From Vermamoeba vermiformis (Eukaryota): 64,000 bases of DNA. The stretch's first letter is position 1. The number at the start of each line of letters is the position of its first letter. A program made the translations under genes and the position numbers. The notes under the pieces were generated by a model that saw nothing but the letters and a program-made list of their open reading frames with translations, ran no database searches and was not told the origin of the DNA. Of this stretch, positions 42,006 to 53,530 are shown in pieces. The stretch is taken from NCBI GenBank assembly GCA_045837725.1, contig JBEWZL010000145.1, positions 310,001-374,000 of the forward strand, given 5' to 3'.

Positions 42006-44252
42006 ATGGCATCGAAGTTGATGGTAAGCAGCGCTCGCGACGTTAGATCTAAAAATAAGCGCGGAAAATTTTCTTTAAATGAATGACTGTAACGCTGTAA
42101 AATATCGAATTTAGCACATACATATATCGTAGTATTATATTCTAAATTTTATTTAATTTTAAGTTGCAGTCAATTTCAATTGAAAAAATATCTATTTTGC
42201 GAGATCTCACCTCATAATATTACCTTAAGCTCATTAATACTAACTTCATAAATATATAGGTATCAGTTAGTGGTGTGCGCGGTGTTATTGGCCACTCACT
42301 TACACCCACCGTAGTCGTGCGTTACATCACTGCTTTTTGCAACTTGTTGCGCAACACGAGACAACTGCCAGAAAGGTAATTACCATAAAAGGAAACACCC
42401 TCAGAGCATTAATTGACACGTGTCAAATGCAGACCTGTAATTGTGCTTGGACGAGACTCGCGTGTCTCCGGACCTTGGCTCGAACAATTGGTCTCGGGTG
42501 TGTTGCGCGCTCAAGGCTTTACTGTCAACGCCGTGGGAATTGTTCCCACACCCACTGTAAGCATATTTCCTAATATGGCAATTCTGTTCCTCCATATCAA
42601 TCGCTCGATCCAATTATTAAAAAATGTAATATTATTTTTGTGTTAGGTTCAATATATGGTTGAACATCTCAAAGCATCAGCAGGCATAGTCATAACATCC
42701 TCGCACAATCCTATTGAATGGAACGGATTGAAGTTTGTAGATCAAGACGGTCTATTTTTGGCACCGGATCTTTGCGACGAATTGTTTCGCTTGGCAGATA
42801 ACGAAAGTTCATGGAAACACCCCTCGTGGGACCACATGGGCGAGTTTAAGACCGTAGATAATGCTGCTCAAGCCCACATCGATGCTATTTTGAAGCTACC
42901 TTACGTGGATCTCGAGCGCGTCAAGACTAGAAAATTCAAAATTTGTTTGGACACTGTCAACGGTACGTTCAAATACTAGCCTAATCGATAATTAGTTACA
43001 CCATTATAACATTTTTTTAATTAATTTGTCCTCTGACCAAAAATGAACTATTTTTTAAGATGTCGATCATTTTTAAGTACGACTCTGCTAACGTACGTAT
43101 GTTGTTATAGGCGCAGGAGGACCGATTATGAAGTCACTGTTGCAAACATTCGGCGCAGAAGTGATCGAATTGAACACCGCACCGACTGGTCACTTTGCAC
43201 ACGAGCCCGAGCCCATTCCTCAGCACTTGGGCCAATTATGTGCTGCTGTCAAACAACACGGTGCCGATCTAGGTACGTTGTATATAGTCTCACAAACATT
43301 CCTTAACAATCTATATGTAGGTATTGCTGTGGATCCGGATGTTGACAGATGTGTTTTGATCGATGAGACTGGCACTCCCATTGGTACGTCAATATCATAT
43401 TAGTACTAAACATTATAGTAGTGCTATTATCTGACTAATTGATTGCTTCATTTTAGGCGAGGAGTACACGCTGGCCATCGCCGTTGAATTCATCTTGGGT
43501 CACAGTCAAAAGCGCGGTCCTGTCTGCAAGAACTTGTCGTCATCACGTGCAGTCGATGACATTGCCAACAAGTACGGCTGTCAAGTCTACAGCACTCCCG
43601 TCGGTGAAATTCACGTAAGTCTATCGCCAGCCCAATATGACGTGACACATGAATGCAAGAATAATTCTGACGTGGATGAACAGGTAGCTAAAAAGATGAA
43701 AGAAGTGCAAGCAGTGATCGGTGGAGAAGGCAATGGAGGTGTCATGTTGCCTGACATTCACATCGGTCGTGACGCGCCTGTTGCTGCAGCTTTGTTGTTG
43801 CAACAGCTCGCTCTGGCCAAGAGCAATGACGGCAAGTACTTGTCACTCAGTGAGTACGTCAAGACTTTGCCTCAATGGGCCATCGTTAAGCTCAAGGTAC
43901 GTGACACCAATTTTTTAGTGAAGCTGCACGAGAGTGACACTTTTGACAGGTGTCAGTCGAAGGCTTTAGCAACGAACGCATTGCACGAGTGATCGAACAA
44001 ATCAAGGCGGAGTATTCAGCTCAAGGTGCCAAGATCAACGAGTCTGATGGCATTAGAATCGATTCCAAGGACTGGTAAGTCACGTGTCATCCGAAACACT
44101 AGCTTTGTTCTAACGACATAACTGTTAGGTGGGTCCATTTGCGTAAATCAAACACGGAACCAGTGATTCGCGTCATTGGCGAGGCTGCAACTGAAACCGA
44201 AGCAAAGACTGTTTGTCAAAAGTTTATGGATCAGCTCGTCAAACCCGAGTAA
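42006..44252 (+). CDS. Alpha-D-phosphohexomutase (bacterial GlmM/PMM-like)
   Basis: VSVSGVRGVIG, GRDSR, TSSHNP, VDPDVDR, GGEGNGGV, RKSNTEPVIRV; ~9 introns. Confidence 0.92.
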
Positions 44253-44609
44253 GTTGTTGTCAATACTCGAGTACTTAAAGCAGTAATAATTATTTAATGC
44301 TTTCTGAAAAATGCGTCGTTATTGTTATCACCTCATTATCCAAAAAAAGTTGAGACATCCAGTTTGTTAATTGTGCGTCACTTCCGTGGCAACAATTCCA
44401 ATCCATTCCTATGACTTACGTGAGTTTTTGATAATTATTCTTCTTTTTTTTTCATTCTTTCGAGGGAGATTTCGAATCGAGCTCTATTCTCTCACCCCGC
44501 AATTCATTATGAGCTTTATTCTGATTGGTGGACTAATTAACCAAAGAATTGAATGAAAATTATAAAAATCCAGTTAACAATCATTTATTTTATAACGAAC
44601 ACAGCTAGA

Positions 44610-45931
44610 ATGACTAGCTTAACGCAAGTTCTTCTTGAAGCGGATAGAACGGGCATTGAACCAACAATTTTAGTTGTTGGAGACCGTGGCATTGGCAAGA
44701 CGACTCTCATCAAGCAATTTAATTCCGAAGAAGAGACCGTCCCCGCGATGACCACCAATATCAACGAGGTCCGATGCATGTGGCACGGACGCACTGTGAG
44801 GTTCATTGACACTCCTGGACACGTAACTGCGACAAACAGAAACGACCCCACGCTGCCATTCAACAACTCGGACGAATACGTTGATTTTATAGCCACTCAA
44901 CTCGCGGGCAATGCACCCCAGATCCAAGGCCCGAAGATCCATGTCGTTTTATTGTGCTTCCAAAATTCATTTGTTGAAGCGTGGCACCAACGCATCATCA
45001 CAGTTGCATCAACTTTTGCGCGAGTTATGGCCGTTAAACTTAATTGCAGTGCTCCAGATGACCTCGGTAATCTTCGAACACTTATGGCAAATTCGAACAT
45101 CCCTGCTTACGCCGTGCTGGCTAAAGACAAACGCGTCAACGGTAATTACATTCCTGCTTTTGGTATGGCGGAACTTGCAAGTGCCATGGCCGATGAATTG
45201 TCAATTTGGCAGCGCAATTATCAAGAGCTCGTAGACATCTTCAACAGGAATCAAACAGCGTATTACGATAACCTGTAAGTCTAACGGCTGAATATTTTAT
45301 GATGTGTGGATTAACATTATAGTCTAGAAAAGAAAAAGGGCTTACAATTGTTAAAGGATTTGGCGCTGCAGGAACCGTTGCGGGACTGTCGCCTATGTAA
45401 GTCATGGTCCACACTGTTAACATCAGCTTTTTAACACAAACGTATCTAGTCCCTTTACTAATAGCGCTGCATCCATCGCGAGTTATATCGGAATGTTTTT
45501 GATGATACTCGGAGTGTATGGCGTCAAGTCGTCGCGAGATCTGATCAGAACAATTGCAAGTAAGTTAACGTTTTCGTTAGTCTAGCCGCTAATAAAGTGA
45601 ACAGTTAGCCTATTCTACGCTAATAGAATTAGTGGAGCTCTAACGGTTGCTGGAATATTGGGAGTCGGGTGCGAAATTATGAAGTGCGTTCCTATTTTGA
45701 ACGGCGCTGGAATGGTAGGAGCCGCAAGTACGTTCGTTTCTATAATTACTTAGCAGCTTAGTAACTCTAACGATTTTTAAAGGTCTGAATGTAATTGCTA
45801 CCCTTGGTACAGGCTCCGCGTTTTTGTACGTAATCGATCGTAAGTGCCGTGAGGGCATGCTGGAGATAACACGAGAGAACCAGCAACGAATACTTGACGA
45901 AATTATTTCTGCAAGAAATAACCGTTTATAA
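44610..45931 (+). CDS. P-loop GTPase with C-terminal hydrophobic DUF697-like region
   Basis: G1 GDRGIGKT, G3 DTPG; spliced C-terminus AAGTVAGLSPIPF...MFLMILGVYG and Gly/Ala-rich helices; TAA 45929-45931. Confidence 0.72.
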
Positions 45932-46000
45932 TCTGTCTACATGTCTCAACAGTTTTGTGGATCAGCTCGTACGTAAAGTTGTCAATTCACTACAACGACT

Positions 46001-46928
46001 TTATAGCTTAAGAGTGGCTAAATAGTCAACTGCTTTCGTTAACTTGACATTCGCGTAGTGCGGGTTGTTGAAGTTGTGAATCGGATCCAACGTGCTCTCG
46101 TTGTTCAAGATTGTTTTCCAGATGAGTGCTCGGAACGTAATTGCAGGATCAGTCGCGTTCTTAGTGCTTTGATTGATATATTCTTCGGTGATCTTGGTCA
46201 AAGTCCACTTCTGATTGGTCAGTTTTTCCAACTGTGCCAGCACATCGCTCCATTTGAACACATCGCCTGCTATTCTCACGGCAGTGTTTTTGCTGGTCGG
46301 ATCCAACAGCACTTCGGGGATCAATTTGGCAAGATCATCGATTGACACGGCACTAAGCACTGCATTGGGACCGAAGTCAGGGGCGGTCTTGTTGGCAAAA
46401 TCGATTTCGAAGAACGGGCTGAAGACGAGGTTCATCCACGGATTGGTGTAGATGAACGTGTATTCTAGAGGCGAGGCTTTGAGCTTGTCAGCGAGGCCGA
46501 TCTTGATGTCAAAGAGTGGATGCAAGCCCTTGCCGATGACAGCAGGGTCACTGCCATATTCTGACGGGATGAAGCGCTTGACATGACTCGCGACAGCTGC
46601 ATCGATCAGCAGAGCTTGTTCGGGGAGTGCTGCGCTGCCAATAGTCGAAACGACAGCATCGACACCGTTCATTGCCTACATCGTATTAGTAACATATTAC
46701 GAGGTAAAGTTGCTCTAGATCGCGTACTTTTTTAAGCGAATCCAGGTCGCTGAAGTCGGCTTGTACAATTATTGCTCCTTTTTGGGCCAACTCTCGAGCC
46801 TTTTCATTTACATTGCGAACCAATATCCGAACTTCGAATTGGTTCTTGGCCAAGAATGCCAAAGTGAGTCTGGATCCGAGCTCGCCAGTTCCTCCAACGA
46901 CGAGAACAGTTTTGAATTGTGATGACAT
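46001..46928 (-). CDS. NmrA/isoflavone-reductase-like NAD(P)-binding protein
   Basis: VLVVGGTGELGS, GVDAVVS, VKRFIPSEYG; 1 intron. Confidence 0.92.
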
Positions 46929-46991
46929 GTTGTTTTGTTGCTTTGTTGTTTGTTTGTTGATTATGAAGTAAATCGTTAAGATTATATCTTT

Positions 46992-47095
46992 ATCGGCACG
47001 TGTGAGAAGCATGTTTAAAAAGGAAATGGTTGGAAGGTCTTTCCTAATTTGGTAATAGTCACGTGTTAGAAGGGTTGATCGGCACGTGTGAGAAG
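46992..47095. promoter_or_regulatory. Repeated CACGTG-containing motif cluster upstream of the NmrA-like gene
   Basis: ATCGGCACGTGTGAGAAG exact at 46992-47009 and 47078-47095; variant GTCACGTGTTAGAAG at 47058-47072. Confidence 0.6.
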
Positions 47096-47329
47096 GTTCT
47101 AATTTAGGAAAGTGTTTAAACTGGAAGCTTATGGTCGCCGCCAATACTGAACACTTCTTACCGGCTTGCAAAAAAGAGAGCTCGATCCAGATCGGAGATT
47201 ATTCTTTGCGCAAGTTTTGAATAGTCAAAAAATATAATTTGACGTTTCTTGTGCACAGGATTTCAACCAAGATTGATCATGCTTGTATCGAACAGAGCCA
47301 GAACTTTCCAACACAAAAGGATCGACACA

Positions 47330-47524
47330 ATGAGCTCAAACACGCTCTTTTACCCTAACACTGGATCGAACGACAATGACGGAGAAGAGGATCGCGACAA
47401 TAAGAAAAAAGCACAGAAGCCAAATCAGCCAAGCGATAGCTTAGCGGGAATGACAGTAGAAAGTATGAACGCTCTAAGAGCCCAATTTGGTTTGCCGCCC
47501 TTGGTTAGTAGACCACCAACTTAG
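47330..47524 (+). CDS. 64-aa micro-protein with HIND-like motif
   Basis: ATG in ACAATG context; MTVESMNALRAQFGLPPL near the C-terminus; AATAAA ~35 nt after the stop. Confidence 0.5.
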   Translation: MSSNTLFYPNTGSNDNDGEEDRDNKKKAQKPNQPSDSLAGMTVESMNALRAQFGLPPLVSRPPT

Positions 47525-47639
47525 AATAGCGGTATGAATGGTATTATGGCAAAGAAATAAACAACACCGGATCTTTGTAAATTATTCTTGTTCGGTTTCA
47601 TTATAAAATTATTTTATTTGATTTGTAAGCAACACCACC

Positions 47640-48632
47640 ATGCAATCAAAGAAACCTATTAAACGAAGGCAGATCTCAAACGCGTGCATTGCTTGTCGAA
47701 AGGCTCATCGAGCTTGTGACGCTCAAAGACCATGTCAGCGATGCTTATCCAAAGGATTAGAATGTACTACCGTGCATAGTCAGACTGTAGATGAAATTTT
47801 TGGCTCAGTTGCGCGAGAGATGCAGACAGATGGATTTGTTTTCACTGAGCCTGTGGAGCAAAATTATGATATTACCGAATTTGGTGGGTGCAGTGCTGTC
47901 AGTACTGACGGAAGTATTGGCGGAAGTCCAGCGGATCCAGCTTCCGAATATAATTTACAATATTCAAATAATTCAGATCTCCAAGCTGGCGCGTTAGAAC
48001 GAATAACAAATCTCGAAAATGAACTGCAGCAATTAAGGGAGATAATTAAGAATGCATTACAGCCTCAAATTAAGAGTTCTCCAGTCATTTCGTCAAACAT
48101 TGGCCACGCGAAGTGGGATCTCGCTACGCATCGTATCATTGGTGAGTTAACGCTTGTATATGAAATAACATAATATTAATATATTTTTAGGATGTAATGA
48201 TGCATTTTACGAGTTATTTGGTATCACGCGGCAAGAGTTGCCAGTTTTCGAGCAGTGGATGAGCCACGGAACGTACCCAAAAGTAAGATTTATCTTAGAA
48301 AACCTCAATTCTGGTGCTAAGTAAGTCAAATTACAATTATAAATGCTATTTCCGCAATATTCATCTATTCCAGATTGGTTGAAGTCAAGGCAGTTTTCAG
48401 ACATCCAACCACTCGTCAAGAACGCTGTATATTCTTACAATTTACGCGCGATAGTCCAGAATCAAACATTGTTTCAACGAATGTAGTGCCGCTGGACCAT
48501 TACGACGATGAATTCCGAGTCGATGATTACACGCAATTTCCAACCATTTCCAAACAATGTTTTGCAGTTAGTACGCAAGGGTCCTCTATTCCTTGGCAGT
48601 GTTGTTGTCCGGATCAAGAGCACGAGTTGTAA
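47640..48632 (+). CDS. Zn(II)2Cys6 transcription factor with coiled coil and PAS-like domain
   Basis: ACIACRKAHRACDAQRPCQRCLSKGLEC; heptads ITNLENELQQLRE; AKWDLATHRIIGCNDAFYELFGITRQEL is PAS-like; 2 introns. Confidence 0.85.
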
Positions 48633-48701
48633 ATAGATGTAGATATGTAAATTAATAGTCTTAAAGAGCGGATCTGCATGGAGAAGAAAGAATGGATTTA
48701 T

Positions 48702-49832
48702 TTACATCTTTTGCTTGATATCAGCTACCAGCTTTTTCAAACACTTTTCAGCATCATACCACGCACCAGGACCGTCTAATCGATAGTGCACTGGCAAGAT
48801 AGGACCGAACAGAAGTTCTGACATGACTTTTGGATGTCTGCTGATCTTTGGCATCGCTCCGAATTGTGCTGCGAGTTCGTCCATGTAGTCTGGCGCGTCG
48901 ACTTGAATAGTATGACGAGCACGAGCCAAGTATCTAAAACCAAATTTAGATAATGCAAATTGATGGTTGACACGTGTCACAAACTTACCGATTCCTGATC
49001 GCTGTCTTCTTTGCAGAAATGTCAGCAAGCATCTTTTGTTGGCTAGGCAAGCCGACGTTGCCTAACAGCACTTGACAGATCCAGCGGGATTGAAGTTCGC
49101 TGATTGGCATCAGTGCTCCGACTTGTTGAACTAGGCCAACCATCGAAATTGTTGGTGATTGTGCGGGCAAGAACACGTACTTGTAGACGTCAATGTCGTT
49201 GTCAGGTGACACGCGGAAAATTGATTCATCGAGGAACGGGAACTTGATGTCGTAGCCCGTGCAAAAAATGATCGCATCCAGCTCTTGGCTAGTTCCATCC
49301 ACGAAGAGAACACTATTTTCCTCGATCTTTTCAATTCCAGTCCTGACTATGATAGATCCGTGGCCAATACGACCCAACAAGTCTTGACTAACAGTCGGAT
49401 GCACTTGATCTAATCTGCAGTGCGGATCAAGTCCCCATTTCGACATCGAGCCTTGGTGCTGTTTGATGATCATCTCGGACACTGCTGTAATTAGACGGCG
49501 TGGAAGATTGCGTAGTGTGCGTGATGGCAGCTTGTAGCCAGAAGGCGTGCCTCCGAGGTACTTTGGAACAACCCAAGCACCACTGCAGCGAATGTGTTAA
49601 TCACTACTACCATCGACATCAAGTCATTTACTTACGTTCGAGTTGACAGGTAAGTTTGTTTAGTTACACGCGAAATTTCACAAGCGATGTCCACGGCGGA
49701 GTTACCAATACCCACAACCAAGACTCGCTTGTTGGCCAAGTCGAGCGGATTAGACACGTCTTTGTAAGAGTGACTATGGATCATTGGTCCTTTAAATGTG
49801 CTCATTCCTTCAATAGCTGGCTTTGGCCATCG
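48702..49832 (-). pseudogene. Flavin-containing monooxygenase (FMO), 5'-truncated
   Basis: FKGPMIHSHSYK, VVGIGNSAVDIA and DAIIFCTGY are present, but no N-terminal FAD-binding GxGxxG exons occur before the next gene. Confidence 0.75.
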
Positions 49833-49954
49833 CTGTGAATGAGGTCGTTAGCAATGACACGTCACAACTACATTTTGTTAATGAGGACTATTGTAATCTG
49901 TTTCTCGTCTACAATTTGTATTTCTGCATATTAGAGTATTTGTAACGTTATTTA

Positions 49955-50040
49955 AAGGTGGAGGGTCCGCTGCGGAGTCTGCGGAGTGGGTGGAGTTAAA
50001 TCTACTTCCACTCAATCGTATATCTGGCTCCACTCTCGGC
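49955..50040. repeat. GC-rich repeat / imperfect inverted-repeat patch, possible transposon end
   Basis: CTGCGGAGT twice in tandem; GAGTGGGTGGAG facing CTTCCACTC and CTCCACTC; lies at the FMO truncation point. Confidence 0.35.
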
Positions 50041-50307
50041 ATCCATAATATTCGAAAATAATTCTTGGACAATTTGCACGTTAATTTACTGCTGAATGTT
50101 GCGACTTTGGTCAGATTAACTTCAGATCTTTTGAATGCAGCCCGCCAGAATTAGTGTTTTCACAACGATTATCATGATGGTTATAATATATATGTAATTG
50201 ATAGGAATATCGTATCTTTTAGGTGGTGCGATGTAGTAGTGTCATTGCGCTGGCCAAAAACTTTAATTTTCCAAAGACACGCATTAAACACCACGAATCA
50301 ATGCGCC

Positions 50308-52317
50308 ATGGAGATTAGGCCAAAAGAAGAATATGTACCTATTACTAAAACTGACTACGGCTACGTTCAAAAGGTGACGTACGTCCAACCAGATCTTTAT
50401 CACGAGGAAGTTGTTGAGATCGAGTCACCATTCGCTTCCGTCGTGGCAACGGGCACGCAGGTGTATACTTTCCTACTTATGGGCGATCAAAACGCAGGTA
50501 AACAATTTTTAGCATTTTTTCTTAATTTTTTGCAATTTTATTCTGCCATGCAGAAGAAGCGCTCGTGTAATTTCTGTACGCTCTAGTTACTAACAATAAT
50601 TATAGGAAAATCCACATTTATTCATGCCTTCACTTATCAAGCTGATCCAAACTATCTCGAGTTATCGACACTTTTGCCTATTTTGTCCAGCAGCTTTTTC
50701 AATACTAGATTTTTAGAGCCAGGTAACAACAGTCACTATTAAATTGCAATTTCATATCTAATTTTGCAATTTTATAGATTCAAAGGTTGATCCACGCGAT
50801 GAATTGCCATTTTTAGACACAGATATTGGACGAGGCACAGTGCTCGTGACACGTGACGATTTTATTTTTTGGCTCGATGAAAATGGTCTGCCCATCGAGG
50901 AATATCCACGTGACACTCGTTTCATTGCATTGCAGTTCATTGAACTTGGTATGCTTGGCTCGTACATGGCCCTCCACAAGACTTACCATATTTGGAAACA
51001 GGCGGTGATCACTTAGATTCCATGATGGCGCCTAACAATGTCCCTCCGTCACTCAAAGACGTCGTTAATCGATCATTACAACTCGTGCATCAAGCCAAGA
51101 AAACGATTTATTTCATCAACTTGAAAACTCTGCTCGAGATCCGCGGCAATGAAATCACACTGCAAAAGAACGCTTATGACACGCTTATTAGTCGATTGTC
51201 ATTCTTAAGTGAGCTGTTCAAAGAGAAGCACGGCATTTTGTTCAGCTTGTCACGTGTGCCAATTGGTCAAGAATTGAAAATCAATCACAGCGAGATTTCC
51301 AAGCAAGTCGGATTCACCGTCAATGCATCAAAGGCAACAGATTTGCACCTACAGATCGTTGGACTGATAAGGACGTTATTAAGACACGAACATAATGCCC
51401 GACAATGGTCTTTTGACGTGGTGGATGTCTATTCAAGTAGTCACCTTGACGCGGACCAAAATCTGAATGTATCGAGTATATTAGGCACGCTAGTCAAGCT
51501 ACTCAGCAACGACATGGCCCACTCTAAGACTGAGCCTGAAATGATCGTCGCGCGTCACGTGATGAGTTGTTTCAAGGACAGTCAATCACGTGTCAACGAA
51601 GCTGACGAGTTCTCACTGTGGATCGATGAAGAAGTGTTTCAAGAGTACTTAGAGGAAGGCATTGATATACCTGAAGTACCTGAAACTGTCATGCTTCAAA
51701 AACTACCAGTAGTCGCAAAGAGAATGGAAGAAACAAACATTGCAATTATCCATCACGGCAACAACTTTTCCAAATATGGAATAACCTTTGACGTCAACGG
51801 AACAATGTATTCATGGCAGTCAGTCACCGATGACAAACAAATCGTTCAAAAACTCGAGCTGCGCTTGCCGTACTTTACACCGCTGTTCAATGTCATTGAC
51901 AGCTACTTCACGAAGAACATTCCGGCCGAGTTTTGGATGCACAAAGAACCGCTGAAGAAAACTCACGACGTCGAGTTAGCGAAGCAACTTAAAGAGGCAC
52001 TTGCACAACTAGAGCTCGAGATTGATAAGAAATGGCATGACATGTTGCATCGCTTGCAAGAAGTGAAGGACACGAGTCAAGTCGAATCTGATCCGCGCAT
52101 GATCATGTGGCTAATCCTACTCGATGAGTGGCTCATGGGACAGCGATTGTTATGCACTGGCGAGGATACGAAGACCCACGAATGGATATTTTCCCGCCCT
52201 TTTTCAGCGGATCCACAGCAGTGGAATCAAGTTGCGCAGCTGTTCCATATCAAGGCATCCTCGAGCTCTGTTAGTGACGGCCCATACGATAAGATATCCA
52301 TCAGAGTAACACAATAG
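50308..52317 (+). CDS. Protein with degenerate Ras-like P-loop domain and long C-terminal region
   Basis: YTFLLMGDQNAG|KSTFIH across an intron; LQFIELGGD at the G3 position; long final exon of ~440 aa. Confidence 0.7.
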
Positions 52318-52709
52318 GCTCTGGTCACTGTGACACGGGACCGTTCGGATGTCACAAAAAATTCAAGCTTGAAGAGCACAAAGGGCTTCGTAACCCGAAC
52401 AATCGGCGTGCGGCATGACAATGTTTAATTAATTAGCCATCATTGACCAGTCTAACCGTTGACAAAGTGCTAAATAGCGATGTCCTGCTAGAATTGACTC
52501 GACTACAAGAACTTGCAACGTGCAGATCTCTGAAGCTCAAGGAAAGACTTGTATTTGCAAACAAACTTGAATGACGTTTTCTCCGTAAAAAATACAATTA
52601 AATAAGCTGCTTTTATGAAGCGAAGTTACATCCTTTTTGCGCTTGATCTAGCTTGCTTTGCAGTTAAGCAGATTTTACTTGCTCCTTCTCGTAGTTTTCG
52701 GGTTTGGTG

Positions 52710-53231
52710 TTAGCGAGCTGGTTTGAAGTAAGCTTTTGTGAGACGCAAGACAGCCTCTTCTAGATTAGTTATTTTCTGTTTCTGGGCCTCCAACTCGGCA
52801 CGGAGATTCTTTTGCTCCTCACGGATCTTCTTTTGCTCGTCACGGAGCTTTTTTTGCTCTTCACGGAGCTTCTGTGTCTCGGTGTTAAAGTCTTCACGGA
52901 GCTTCTGTGTCTCGGTGTTAAAGTCTTCACGGAGCACTTCACAGAACTTCTTATTCTCCTCTAACTCTTCACTCAACTTCTTAAACTCTTCAGGGAGCTC
53001 TTCACAGATCTTCTTCTCTAGTGCCTTGAATTTAGCAAGCATTATCTGGCATAGGAGGTCTACGTCTTCAATAGAAATTGTAACTCAATATATTGGACAA
53101 TATGGAATATGAAATCAATAAATTATAATCAATTTTGGTCGATGCAAATCCAATTCCTAAAAGGCAATCAAATTATTACCTGAATACCCCTCGATGGAAG
53201 TTGTAACACTACTGTTACTAGTTAGCGGCAT
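52710..53231 (-). CDS. Small coiled-coil protein with internal repeats
   Basis: Two exons splice in phase 1; LREDFNTETQK x2, followed by LREEQKK-type heptads. Confidence 0.6.
52858..52935. repeat. Exact 33-bp tandem duplication within the coiled-coil CDS
   Basis: TCTTCACGGAGCTTCTGTGTCTCGGTGTTAAAG at 52858 and 52891, plus a partial third copy. Confidence 0.9.
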
Positions 53232-53530
53232 ATTTATCTTCCGTAGAGAATTGTGTTGTGCTGTTTGAATGTTAGCTGCAAACGATTGAACCGCTCAATG
53301 GAAAGATTTGTATCTGCGAACAAAAAAGAATCACGTTTTCCCCATAAAAATTCAAATAAATATGCTAAGGGTCGAAACCAGGAAGCTCCAGTTTCGCTTA
53401 TTTTTCTTTCTCTTGATCAGACCACCAAATCCACAAAATTTCGGACGGATGATCAGTTACTATTCACCTGTTAAGACTTTTTCAGTGGTTTCATCTTCAC
53501 GAGTGGAAGGACAAGTGCATCTATTATAAA

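Noticed and set aside
52738..53112. Repetitive FFCSSR plus-strand ORF, and possibility of a CRISPR-like array
   Set aside because: Antisense of the coiled-coil gene; repeats are codon-phased tandem units without spacers
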